The notes: generated by a model not told the origin, from the sequence alone. Positions 19,218-29,086 are shown, numbered from the stretch's first letter. The stretch: 64,000 bases of DNA from a virus (IMGVR_UViG_3300032731_000668:64001-128000); one strand, 5' to 3'. Made by a program: numbers and translations.

Positions 19218-19300
19218 GGATGCGATGCCCGACTGGAAGGGCGTCGGACTGTAACTCCGGTATTCGATTGAGTATGTGAGTTCGAACCTCACCGCATCCA
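19218..19300 (+). tRNA. tRNA-Tyr(GTA), no encoded CCA
   Basis: GGATGCG/CGCATCC, D arm GCCC/GGGC, loop CT-GTA-AC, long variable arm, T arm GTGAG-TTCGAAC-CTCAC. Confidence 0.93.
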
Positions 19301-19301
19301 C

Positions 19302-19330
19302 TTGACAAAAATTAGATTGTGTGGTATAAA
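19302..19330 (+). promoter_or_regulatory. Sigma70/A promoter driving a non-coding tract
   Basis: TTGACA-N17-TATAAA with TG. Confidence 0.85.
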
Positions 19331-19355
19331 TATACAGAACATTAACAAAGCGAAT

Positions 19356-19523
19356 ACTGGTCAAATTTCTTGGTAATTGGCAAATGGGTGAAATAATACA
19401 TCCACAGTCAACCAGTTTAGCAAATGATTGAGGTGTGACCTATTGTAATTGCAAGAATATCGGTTGGGCTTAGAGCGATAAAGGCTTGTCTGGTCTGAAA
19501 ACTACTGAACCGAACCTCAATCA
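19356..19523 (+). ncRNA. Candidate structured ncRNA(s)
   Basis: ACTGGT/ACCAGT enclosing TGGGTG/CATCCA; TGATTGAGGT(19425-34)/ACCTCAATCA(19514-23) stacked on TCGGTT/AACCGA; no plausible ORF. Confidence 0.6.
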
Positions 19524-19528
19524 AACAT

Positions 19529-19635
19529 GGGCAGGCGGTGTGGCAGGGAACACACAAATAAAGTACTTCTGTTACTCGGCAAACAATTTGCTCGGTCTCA
19601 ATACAGACGATCAGGTTCGAATCCTGACCTACCCA
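19529..19635 (+). ncRNA. tRNA-like RNA with enlarged anticodon arm and long variable arm
   Basis: GGGCAGG/CCTACCC, D arm GTGT/ACAC, CAAAT/ATTTG enclosing 26 nt, T arm TCAGG-TTCGAAT-CCTGA. Confidence 0.75.
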
Positions 19636-19655
19636 ATAATAAAAGGAGAAACAGA

Positions 19656-19934
19656 ATGAGTGAAATTGAAACGAGATACGAAATAAATAATAAGTATGGA
19701 ACCATCTGTTTGGATACTGAAGATGATTCTTTTATTAATTATACAGGATGGGCTAAATATGATGCATTTTTAGAAGAATTATTATTGACCGATGAAGTCC
19801 TAGCACTAAAGCTTAAGAATAAATATATAGAAGAACAGAGAGAAATAAATCCATATATGCGAGGATATATTCCAGAAATTGATGAAGAAAATGGAATACG
19901 GGCAAGCTATAAAAGATGGTTGGCTGAACAATAA
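19656..19934 (+). CDS. Hypothetical protein (true start 19656)
   Basis: SD AAAGGAG before ATG 19656. Confidence 0.7.
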   Translation: MSEIETRYEINNKYGTICLDTEDDSFINYTGWAKYDAFLEELLLTDEVLALKLKNKYIEEQREINPYMRGYIPEIDEENGIRASYKRWLAEQ

Positions 19935-20347
19935 GCAAAAACCACATAAAACAATTATTTTATTGTATTTGAGAGATTGCTTAAAAGGAGATGAGATGAG
20001 CACACTACTATGTTTATTAGGAATTCATAAATGGGAATATTATTATACCGATCTGTTTATGCCAACCGATAAGTATTGTGTGAGGTGTTTAAAAACACAA
20101 CACATAAGAGATTCTACAAATTTAGAAAGACAGATTTGTAAGGATCGTATATCATGATTGACAAATCAAAACAAATATATTCATGGCATTGTTTCGATGA
20201 TATAGATGTAAATTGTTCTTGTGGAAAGGCTACGCACGCCGGTGATTATGATGATGAATCGGATTCATATCAATTTCAATGTGAAAATTGTGGTCAGCGT
20301 TGGGTTGTAATTGTTCAAGTTATTCCAGTCAAAGAAAATGATTAATT

Positions 20348-20728
20348 ATGCTTCCTGATCTTACAACATTATTACCAAAAACAATTTCGGATCAAGAACT
20401 TTTAAAGTTATTTTTTACTTATCCTAGTACGATAGTTCCTAATTCAGGATCTATTATTTTTATACATGTTGCCGAAGGATATGATATTAATAAGGAAGTT
20501 CAAAAGACAGAAAAAGAATTGGCAAGCATTGAGAAAAGATTGTTTAAATTATCAAATACGCTTAGCCAAAATAGTTTTTATAGCAATGCACCTGACGATG
20601 TTATAAATAAATTATGTTGGAAATTAATGGAATTAGAAAATGGTTATGATACAACAAATAGGAAATTGAATTATTTAAATTTAGCAATAATGAAATTTGG
20701 GAACAAAGTAAAATATGAAAACAATTAA
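20348..20728 (+). CDS. Stand-alone valyl-tRNA synthetase C-terminal coiled-coil (tRNA-binding arm)-like protein
   Basis: IHVAEGYDINKEVQKTEKEL..IEKRLFKLSNTLSQNSFYSNAPDDVINK matches the ValRS C-terminal pattern (L.N..F...AP..V). Confidence 0.7.
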   Translation: MLPDLTTLLPKTISDQELLKLFFTYPSTIVPNSGSIIFIHVAEGYDINKEVQKTEKELASIEKRLFKLSNTLSQNSFYSNAPDDVINKLCWKLMELENGYDTTNRKLNYLNLAIMKFGNKVKYENN

Positions 20729-21178
20729 GTTTATATATGATCTCAAACAAGAGGTACAAATAAAAAATCTTAATATAAAAGGTATTGTTGTTGGATATTA
20801 TTGTGGAGATACTGGCGTTCAATATCAGGTTGCATACTTTTTAAATGGAGATAGAACCGTAACTTATTTATATCCAGAAGAAATATGTAAACTTAATGGG
20901 GAAGAAAAAGCAGGATTTTTGAAATGAAAGATATTATGATAAGAAAGATGAATAAAGAAGAAGATTTAAGACCTATCGGGACTATATTTGATATTGACAT
21001 ACCTCCCAATATTTGTTCGACAAGAATGAACAACGGGACTGTTATAACATATAAAGTTGTCGATCATATTGTCGTTTATCCTTACGGCGAATATGGCCCA
21101 GCGAAATGGGTTGAAGAAATAAAAACAATAGAGATTGTTGAAACACAATAAAATTGCTATTTTATGAGGCTTTAAAAA

Positions 21179-21895
21179 ATGAAAAATAATTTAGAAGGAA
21201 AGATTTTTGGTAGTTTGTTGGTAATTAGAAAGACTGATATACCGCCAAATTATAAAGCTAAAAGAAATTCATTTTGGTTGTGCAAATGTCAAAAGTGTGG
21301 AGAAGAAAAAATTAGGACAGGTAATAAATTAAGAAATATAAAAACATGTTCTTGTGAATATAAAGGTCTAAATTCAAAATATAAAAAATTTAATAAATAC
21401 GATTTGTCAGGAAAATATGGAGTTGGATATACTCATGACAATCTTCGGTTTTACTTCGATTTAGAAGACTATGATAAAATAAAAAATTACTCTTGGACTT
21501 TATCTGGCAACGGCTATCATCTCTTTACAAATGACTATATTACTCGTAAAAGAATAATGTTGCATCGTTTAGTTTATGGTTTAACAAACGGCCAGATAGG
21601 ATTTATAAATAAAAATTGTTTAGATGTAAGAAAGGCAAATCTAAGAATCGGAAAACATAAGGAACATCTTAGAAATAGCAAAATATATAAAAACAATAAA
21701 AGCGGAATTATCGGTGTTCATTGGTGCAATAGAGACGAGAAATGGATTGCCCAAATTATGGTCGATTATAAATCTATATATCTTGGTGGCTATGAAAATT
21801 TTGAAGAAGCGGTAAAAATCAGGCTTGAGGGAGAAAAAAAATATTTTGGCAAATTTGCACCTCAGCGACATCTATATAAAAAATATGGAATATAA
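21179..21895 (+). CDS. HNH/AP2-domain homing endonuclease
   Basis: FYFDLEDYDKIK..W; MLHRLV; LDVRKANLR; NKSGIIGVHW..W.AQI..IYLG.Y..FEEA...R. Confidence 0.87.
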   Translation: MKNNLEGKIFGSLLVIRKTDIPPNYKAKRNSFWLCKCQKCGEEKIRTGNKLRNIKTCSCEYKGLNSKYKKFNKYDLSGKYGVGYTHDNLRFYFDLEDYDKIKNYSWTLSGNGYHLFTNDYITRKRIMLHRLVYGLTNGQIGFINKNCLDVRKANLRIGKHKEHLRNSKIYKNNKSGIIGVHWCNRDEKWIAQIMVDYKSIYLGGYENFEEAVKIRLEGEKKYFGKFAPQRHLYKKYGI

Positions 21896-21926
21896 TAAAA
21901 TCCGCCTTTTATTATAGGAGAAAATA

Positions 21927-22274
21927 ATGAAAATGTCAAAAGAAGAAATTTTAAAAATGCCTGCAGGCAGAGAGATGGATGCATTGGTGGCTGAACATAT
22001 ATTTAAAACACCATTTCAAAAACCTGGTCATGGCCCATGTTGTACTTGTCAAACTTGTGGTTGGAGTTTTGACGACTGTCAATGTGGTTATAGTGAAAGT
22101 CGCGATATGGCATGGGAAATACTAGAAAAATTTGCATATTATGAACTTAAAAAACTATTTTTAAGATATAATGTTTATATTGAAAATAATGATAATATTA
22201 GAAGTGGACATTCGCAAGAAAATACGGCACCTCTTGCTATCTGCAAAGCGGCGCTACTTGCACAAATACAATAA
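21927..22274 (+). CDS. Phage ABA-sandwich-like domain protein
   Basis: MPAGREMDALVAE..YS...AW.I.EK..APLAICKAALLA. Confidence 0.7.
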   Translation: MKMSKEEILKMPAGREMDALVAEHIFKTPFQKPGHGPCCTCQTCGWSFDDCQCGYSESRDMAWEILEKFAYYELKKLFLRYNVYIENNDNIRSGHSQENTAPLAICKAALLAQIQ

Positions 22275-22305
22275 AATCCACATTTTATCGTAAAGGGAGA
22301 AGCAA

Positions 22306-22989
22306 ATGAAGTCTCACAAATATGGGGTTTACAAAATATTAAACTTATCTGACCGAAAAAGATATTACGGTGGCGGAATTTTAAAGGCACGAAAGCTATA
22401 TCATTTTAATCTATTGAGAATTAATAAACATGATAACTCTAATCTTCAAAAAGCATATAATTTAAGCGAAGAAGAAAACTTTAAATTTATTGTTCTATTA
22501 TATTGTGAGCCTTTTGAATTAACTCGCTATGAGCAATTTTTCGTAGATAAATATAAAAAATCTAAATTACTATATAATATTTGTATAGATAATGTTGAAA
22601 ATAAATCTGGTGTTAAAACATCCCAAAAAACAAAAGAAAAAATATCTAAAACATCGAAGGGCAGAATCTTTTCTCCTGAGACTAGAAAAAAGATTTCAGA
22701 AGCGGTAAAAGGTAAAAACAGTCCTATGTATGGAAGGTTTGGAAAGAATCATCCTAGGTATGGAAAACCTCATACTTTAGAGACGATTAAAAAATTATCG
22801 GGCATAAATCATTATAATATCACAAAGAAGAATGTCATATTGGATATAGCCAAAATGTTAAAAGAAGGCTGTTCCGTAAAAAATATTACAACCACATTAA
22901 ATGTTGGCAGAAAGGTTGTCTATGGCGTTAAGAATGGATTTTATAATAATATATATGATTTAAAAAATACCGACTATTTAAAAAAATAA
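22306..22989 (+). CDS. GIY-YIG homing endonuclease
   Basis: GVYKILN..YYGGG, RYEQ, NUMOD3-like repeats, VKNGFYNNIYDL. Confidence 0.85.
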   Translation: MKSHKYGVYKILNLSDRKRYYGGGILKARKLYHFNLLRINKHDNSNLQKAYNLSEEENFKFIVLLYCEPFELTRYEQFFVDKYKKSKLLYNICIDNVENKSGVKTSQKTKEKISKTSKGRIFSPETRKKISEAVKGKNSPMYGRFGKNHPRYGKPHTLETIKKLSGINHYNITKKNVILDIAKMLKEGCSVKNITTTLNVGRKVVYGVKNGFYNNIYDLKNTDYLKK

Positions 22990-23393
22990 AAATAATATTG
23001 TAATGACAGAAAAATCAAGAGCATTGTTAGAAAAAATATTAAAGGAGTTAAATGAAAAAAGTATTTGAGGTTTCAATAAGTTTTACAATTGATCTTATAA
23101 AAAATAAGTTATTTCACACAAAAACATTTAGTTGGGATTTTGATATTCCTCTCAAACATTATTTATATACCAATGATGAAAAATCTGCTAAACGAATCTT
23201 AGAACTTAATGAACTATGGAGAGACGATCATCTAGTTCGTTTACTACAAACCGAATATGATTTTGAAGGAATGGAGTATACAATTTTGAACAAAAAATCT
23301 AGCGCTGACGAAATAAAAGGAGCAAGTTTATTACATCTAATGGGGCAAATGCGAGCAGAAGATTTCTTTGAATATTGTTCTAATTTTATGCCC

Positions 23394-23422
23394 TTGACAA
23401 ATACGGAAAAGTAAGGTATGAT
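23394..23422 (+). promoter_or_regulatory. Sigma70/A promoter of rtcB
   Basis: TTGACA-N17-TATGAT. Confidence 0.8.
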
Positions 23423-23449
23423 ATATAGAGAAGATTTTATGGAGAAATA

Positions 23450-25516
23450 ATGAAAGTAATATCGTCAGAAAGAATGCCAATTAAAATGTGGCTTGAAAAT
23501 ATTGAGGATGGCGCATTGTCACAAGCAAAAGACATTGCCAATTTGCCATTTGTTTTTAAGCACATTGCTATCATGCCCGATAGTCATCAGGGCTATGGAA
23601 TGCCTATTGGTGGCGTAATGGCTACAAAAGGCGTAATCGTACCTAATGCCGTTGGGGTTGATATTGGCTGTCTTGATAAAAATACAGAGTTTCTTACGCA
23701 AAGTGGCTGGCAAAAAATTAGTGATTATCAAAAGGGCGACAATATTTTACAATACAATAAAGAGACAAATATAGCTTCTTACGTAAGTCCTATCGCATAT
23801 ATTGTAAAACCTTGTGATACGTTTTTTCATTTTAAGAATAGCAAGGGTTTAGATCAGATGGTAAGCGAAGAACACAAAATGTTGATTTGGAAGGGATATA
23901 AGACAAGAGGTTATAATTTAGAAGATATTGGTCCAATAGAATTATCTAGTAAAGGAAAATCTCTTTCCAAAGGATTTTATGGTTTTAAAGCGTCTTTTAA
24001 TTTGGCTAATGGATTTGGTGTTGATATGACGAACGATGAAATAAGACTAGATATAATGATAACCGCAGATGGATGTATAAAACATTCAAAAGAAAATACC
24101 CATCAGATTTATTTGCACTTTAAAAAAGTTCGAAAAATAAAAAGAGCAAAAGAATTATTGACAAGAAACAATATTTTTTATAAAGAAACCGCAGGCAAAG
24201 ATGGATCAACACACATGTATTTTTTTGTTGATAAAAAATATTCAAAAAATTTGTCAAAATATTGGTTGGCAAATAGAAGCCAACTAAAAGTCATATCTGA
24301 AGAATGTCTGTTGTGGGACGGACATGTTGGATATCGTCCTTATTTTTCATCCACCGACAAAGAAAGTGCTGATTTAATTCAGTTTGCATTTTCTTCTGTT
24401 GATATAAGAGCAGGTATATGTACGGTAAATTCAAAAAATCCTGCTCATAAAACTATATATTTTGTTACTCCGACAAGAAACAATATAGTTGGAATAAATG
24501 TTGCTCCAACCATAGTAAAGTCTAAAGATAAAAAAAAGTATTGCTTTACTGTTCCAAGCGGTTATTTTGTTGCAAGACGGAATGGAAAGATTTTTATAAC
24601 AGGAAATTGTGGTATGATGGCAGTAAGAACAAGTCTAACCGATATTTCGACCGATCGAATAAAACAAATTATGGGCGAAATACGCAAAGTTATTCCAGTT
24701 GGTTTTAAACATAATAAAACCGCTCAGTCTTGGGAAGGATTTAGTCGTGCGCCCGATATTTCCATAATTCAAAACCAATTAACCTCCGCAAGAAAGCAAT
24801 TAGGCACACTCGGCTCGGGCAACCATTTTGTAGAAATACAAAAAGGTGATGACGGACACATATGGATAATGCTTCACTCCGGTAGCCGAAATTTTGGTCT
24901 AAAGGTAGCCTCTGAATATCATAAAAAAGCTAAGTTTCTATGTGAAAAATGGTATTCTAGTGTTCCAAAGGATCTTGCCTTTCTTCCAATAGAAAGCCCT
25001 GAAGGAAAAGAATATTACGAAGCCATGAACTATGCTTTAGAATTTGCACAAGCAAGCAGAGATTTGATCATGGAAAAAATTCTTGACAATATTGAAACAA
25101 ATGTATTGGAGACAGTCAATATCCATCATAATTTTGCAGCGTTCGAACACCATTTTGGTAAAGATGTTTTGGTCCACCGGAAAGGCGCAACAAGAGCCTA
25201 TAAAGGCGAGATAGGCATTATTCCTGGCTCAATGGGAACAAGTAGTTACATTGTTGAAGGACTAGGAAATCCCGACAGTTTTATGTCCTGTTCTCATGGT
25301 GCAGGTAGGCGTATGGGGCGCGGTCAAGCAAAAAGAACATTGTCCCTAGTAGAAGAACAAGAGAAAATGGAAGGCGTTGTTCACGGCTTGCGGACGTCCG
25401 ATGATTTAGATGAAGCACCAGGCGCATACAAAGATATTGATGTAGTCATGGAAGATCAAAAAGACCTTGTAAAAATATTGGTAAAACTAACTCCATTAGC
25501 AAGTATAAAAGGATAA
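23450..25516 (+). CDS. rtcB: RtcB RNA ligase, intein-containing
   Basis: MPDSHQGYGMPIGG, VGVDIG|CG, LGTLGSGNHFVE, LHSGSR, HHNF, HRKGAT, HGAGR, DEAPGAYK. Confidence 0.95.
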   Translation: MKVISSERMPIKMWLENIEDGALSQAKDIANLPFVFKHIAIMPDSHQGYGMPIGGVMATKGVIVPNAVGVDIGCLDKNTEFLTQSGWQKISDYQKGDNILQYNKETNIASYVSPIAYIVKPCDTFFHFKNSKGLDQMVSEEHKMLIWKGYKTRGYNLEDIGPIELSSKGKSLSKGFYGFKASFNLANGFGVDMTNDEIRLDIMITADGCIKHSKENTHQIYLHFKKVRKIKRAKELLTRNNIFYKETAGKDGSTHMYFFVDKKYSKNLSKYWLANRSQLKVISEECLLWDGHVGYRPYFSSTDKESADLIQFAFSSVDIRAGICTVNSKNPAHKTIYFVTPTRNNIVGINVAPTIVKSKDKKKYCFTVPSGYFVARRNGKIFITGNCGMMAVRTSLTDISTDRIKQIMGEIRKVIPVGFKHNKTAQSWEGFSRAPDISIIQNQLTSARKQLGTLGSGNHFVEIQKGDDGHIWIMLHSGSRNFGLKVASEYHKKAKFLCEKWYSSVPKDLAFLPIESPEGKEYYEAMNYALEFAQASRDLIMEKILDNIETNVLETVNIHHNFAAFEHHFGKDVLVHRKGATRAYKGEIGIIPGSMGTSSYIVEGLGNPDSFMSCSHGAGRRMGRGQAKRTLSLVEEQEKMEGVVHGLRTSDDLDEAPGAYKDIDVVMEDQKDLVKILVKLTPLASIKG
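23669..24607 (+). mobile_element. Intein (313 aa) in RtcB with LAGLIDADG-like region
   Basis: Begins CLDKNTEFLT after VDIG, ends ..FITGN before CG; YCFTVPSG block F. Confidence 0.92.
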
Positions 25517-25517
25517 A

Positions 25518-25985
25518 ATGAATAATACTTGGTTTACATCAGATCAACATTTTGGACACAAGAATATTATCAAGCTCTGTGGACGTCCATTTTCTTCTGT
25601 TGAAGAAATGGATTCCTTCATTATATCTTATTGGAATGATTGCATATCCAACAAAGATACAATCTATGTGCTCGGTGATTTTGCATGGAAGAATCCAAAA
25701 CCTTATATTGAACGATTGAGAGGAAATAAAATATTTATTATTGGTGGACATGATAAGAAACTAAAAGGCGATAATTTGGTGGAAGTTAAAATAAATGATG
25801 TATGGTTTGTCCTATGTCATTACCCTTTATATAGCTGGAATAAGGAACACTATGGCTCAATTCATCTACACGGACATATACATAATAATCATATAGAGCC
25901 AAAACGTAATAGAATAAATGTTAGCGTTGATGTCTGGGGTTTCGCACCAGTACCTTTTGAACAAATAATGGCAATTAAAGGATAA
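25518..25985 (+). CDS. Calcineurin-like metallophosphoesterase
   Basis: FTSDQHFGH, YVLGDF, GGHD, LCHYP, HLHGHIH. Confidence 0.9.
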   Translation: MNNTWFTSDQHFGHKNIIKLCGRPFSSVEEMDSFIISYWNDCISNKDTIYVLGDFAWKNPKPYIERLRGNKIFIIGGHDKKLKGDNLVEVKINDVWFVLCHYPLYSWNKEHYGSIHLHGHIHNNHIEPKRNRINVSVDVWGFAPVPFEQIMAIKG

Positions 25986-25991
25986 TTAAAA

Positions 25992-26351
25992 ATGTCAAAT
26001 CTCATAGTTGAAATATGCAAAATTGAATCTATCGAAAAGCATCCCAATGCCGATAGGCTCTCTATAATAAAAGTAAAAGACTGGCATTGTATTGTCGGAT
26101 TAGATAACAGGGAAATAAATATTAGAGAAGCATCAAATGAAGAAAATATAAAGAATAGAAAATCTAAAAATTCAAATAACACATCTGGTTATCGCAATGT
26201 TAGTCTAATCGATGGGTTCTATCGAATTCAGATTCAAATTGATGGGAAAAATCATAGATTTTCAGAAAAATTTGATGACGTGGATAAAGCGGGATTATTC
26301 GCAAAGAAAATGAGAGAAAAATATTATGGCGAATTCTCTGGTGAAAATTAA
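25992..26351 (+). pseudogene. Chimeric relic: RNA-ligase N-terminus fused to HNH/AP2 C-terminus
   Basis: IEKHPNADRLSIIKVKDWHCIVGLDN then REINIR..NNTSGYRNV..MREKYYGEF, homologous to the tail of 27689..28234. Confidence 0.75.
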
Positions 26352-27688
26352 TATAATAATACCGTTTTTATGCGGAGGAATATAAAAATGAAAGATGAAT
26401 ATAGAAAAAAAGATAAATATAGAAAACTTAGTAATTATCTACAAAAAAGATTTGATAAAATATCTAATGGAAAAGTAAATAGGTTCAAGTTTTATCAATT
26501 AGTATTCTTAGATATGATTCTTGATAAAATTGAAGGGAATAAATAGTGAAAGAATATACAGAAACAACTGAATATTGGACAGTAGAAAGTAAATATATCG
26601 ATCCCGTAGAGCCTTTTTATTGGGGCACAACTGGCGACATTTATAATAAAGAAATCGCCAATTCCACTTATAATGAATTAAAAAGTAAATATGCAATTAC
26701 TCGACTGATTCATCATATAACAAACAGCAAAATTATAAGAGAACATATTAATGAATAAATATTACTATCACATGATTATTGAATTAATATTATATTATGG
26801 AATTGGATTACAACCACATGATGTAATAGATAAATACATTGAAGAATACATGAAGGAAATGAATTTAGATGGCAAATCCCTTGTAAAAGAAAAGAATAGA
26901 TTGCAGAAGGAAATAAAATGAAACAAAATATGAAAAAAGACAGAGAGTTAGACAGAATAGATAAATCAATCTTAATGGTGTTATATAAGAATGACCCTAT
27001 AGGAATGACGAAAGAGGAAATTACAGAATCAATTGATGCAGAAGGCTTATTGTTTATGTCAGATGAAGCGTTTGAGAAATATCGTACAGATTTAATTGCT
27101 TGGAAAAAAGCATAGACATAACTATACCAAATAAAACTGTTAGTTTATGTGGTTTAGAAAAGAGAGAATATGAAGCAAATTGATCCAGTTTTAAATTTAG
27201 GATGTAATATATGGAAGACAGAGAAATGTTTTTGTTGCGGTGGAGAGTATGAAAACCCATGTTGGTATATTTTTGAAGATATAGGAAACAAAACATTCCA
27301 AGTTCCTATTTGCAATAAATGCTCTAATGAAAGAGATAAAAACTTTTCTGGATTAAAAGAAACAGCCATATAATAAAAACACTATTTTGTCATAAGGAGA
27401 AAGATGGGAACTTTTGATAGTTATGGAGATAAAGGAATACAAATAAAAGCAGGAGAATGCATGATGTGCCATTATGAAGTAGGTGATGTTTGCGATTTAA
27501 AAGACGGCATTTATTTAGGCTACAATGGGGCAATAGTTGTTCTTGATGGAAAATTTATCGCTGAATTTCCTCATATTTTTACAAAATATGGAAGCATAAT
27601 AGATAACCATGACATTATAGATCAATATAATCCAGTTGTTCAGGTTATGAATGATTTAAATAAAAAAGAATAAAAGTACTATTTTGCC

Positions 27689-28234
27689 ATGAAAAATAAA
27701 TATATAATCAAAAATAATATTGTAAAAATATTCTTGCCTCGTCGAAATAATAAGGCAAGTATAGAAACATTAATTGACACAGAAGATTTTGATAAAGTCA
27801 ACAAGTACACCGGAACTTTTGTTTCTGGATATAACAGGCAAAAGGAAGAGGTCTATGCCCAGATATGTCTATATTTAGGAATGATTGATGGAAGTCCTAA
27901 ATATAAAGTTTTAAGGCTACATAGAATTATAATGGATTGTAATAATCGTAGTCTTCATGTAGATCATAAGAATAGAGATTCTTTAGACAATAGAAAATCA
28001 AATTTACGTATTGTTAGCAATGCAGACAATTTAAAAAACAGAGAATCAAAAAATTCAAACAATAAAACGGGTTATCGCAATGTTTGTTTTTATAAGGGGT
28101 TATATCTTGTTCAACTACAAGTTGGCGGAAAAAATAAGTTGCTTGGAAGATTTAAGAATGTGAATAAAGCAAATATATTTGCTAAAGAAATGCGTAAAAA
28201 ATATTACAAAGAATTTAAAGGAAAAACAACATAG
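27689..28234 (+). CDS. HNH/AP2-domain homing endonuclease
   Basis: LHRIIM..VDHKNRDSLDNRKSNLR; NNKTGYRNV; flanked by palindromes on both sides. Confidence 0.9.
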   Translation: MKNKYIIKNNIVKIFLPRRNNKASIETLIDTEDFDKVNKYTGTFVSGYNRQKEEVYAQICLYLGMIDGSPKYKVLRLHRIIMDCNNRSLHVDHKNRDSLDNRKSNLRIVSNADNLKNRESKNSNNKTGYRNVCFYKGLYLVQLQVGGKNKLLGRFKNVNKANIFAKEMRKKYYKEFKGKTT

Positions 28235-28455
28235 AATCATCACTTTATTATAAAAGGAGCGATATGATAAAACAAGCGACGGTATATTTTAAAAATGGGC
28301 TTAAAGATTGGGTTGATCCTTATGAAAATTATTATATAGAAAAAAATAAAATATTTATAGAATCTTTTTATACATACGATGTTGAAGTCAATGAAATACA
28401 AGAATCGGGCGATGGAGAAATTATATGGGAGAATAAAAAATAATAAATTTTATCC

Positions 28456-28484
28456 TTGACAAAAATAAAATTGTGTGATATGAT
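28456..28484 (+). promoter_or_regulatory. Sigma70/A promoter
   Basis: TTGACA-N17-TATGAT with TG. Confidence 0.85.
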
Positions 28485-28510
28485 ATATAGTTGATAGAAC
28501 GAGGAGACAA

Positions 28511-28870
28511 ATGAATAAATCAGAGTTAGCTACAAAAATGATAGAGTGGGAATCAAAGAAAAAAGAAGTTGACCAACTAGAAGCGGAGATTAAACAAGCG
28601 GTTATGCTGTTAGAAGAGTCTTTTAATGTTGGAGATATTAGCGCAGGGTTTAGGGCAGGAAATAGAAAGTTTGACTATGAATCGGCTGGATCACAAGCTA
28701 CACCCGAAATTATAAAATCGAATACGGTACAAACAACTAGCACTAATTGGAAAAAGGTTTGTTCTGATGCCAATATTGAAAATATTCCTTTTACGACAGG
28801 AAACCCTTCTATAACATTGAAAATCAAAAAATCTAAAAAAACAGCTAACGAAGAATCGTTGCCATTCTAA
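28511..28870 (+). CDS. Hypothetical phage protein
   Basis: SD GAGGAG; ORF track. Confidence 0.75.
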   Translation: MNKSELATKMIEWESKKKEVDQLEAEIKQAVMLLEESFNVGDISAGFRAGNRKFDYESAGSQATPEIIKSNTVQTTSTNWKKVCSDANIENIPFTTGNPSITLKIKKSKKTANEESLPF

Positions 28871-29086
28871 AAGGAGAACAAATTGAAATTTACTAGTAAT
28901 TGGATTAAGAGTGCTTATTGGAAAATGATTGACGATAAGAAAATATATTTTGTCGGTCGAGATAAAATAGGGGTTGAATATGAACTTGTAAGTGCATTGG
29001 TTATGAGCGGATTAACAAGTAGCAGTAATGCGCGTAAACTTATAGCAAAAATAAAAGAGGGGGAAGACGAAAATAATTAATTAGTC

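Noticed and set aside
19560-19585. Insert of the second tRNA-like RNA as another copy of the UUCCUU module
   Set aside because: Only short TACTTCT/TTACTC echoes; no UUCCUU bulge or 3x1 loop.
19527-19655. N-terminal 43 aa of ORF 19527..19934
   Set aside because: Overlaps the tRNA-like RNA; a strong SD precedes ATG 19656.
2832-26372. Degenerate half-sites at about 2835 and 26353
   Set aside because: Only one arm matches; not counted as family members.
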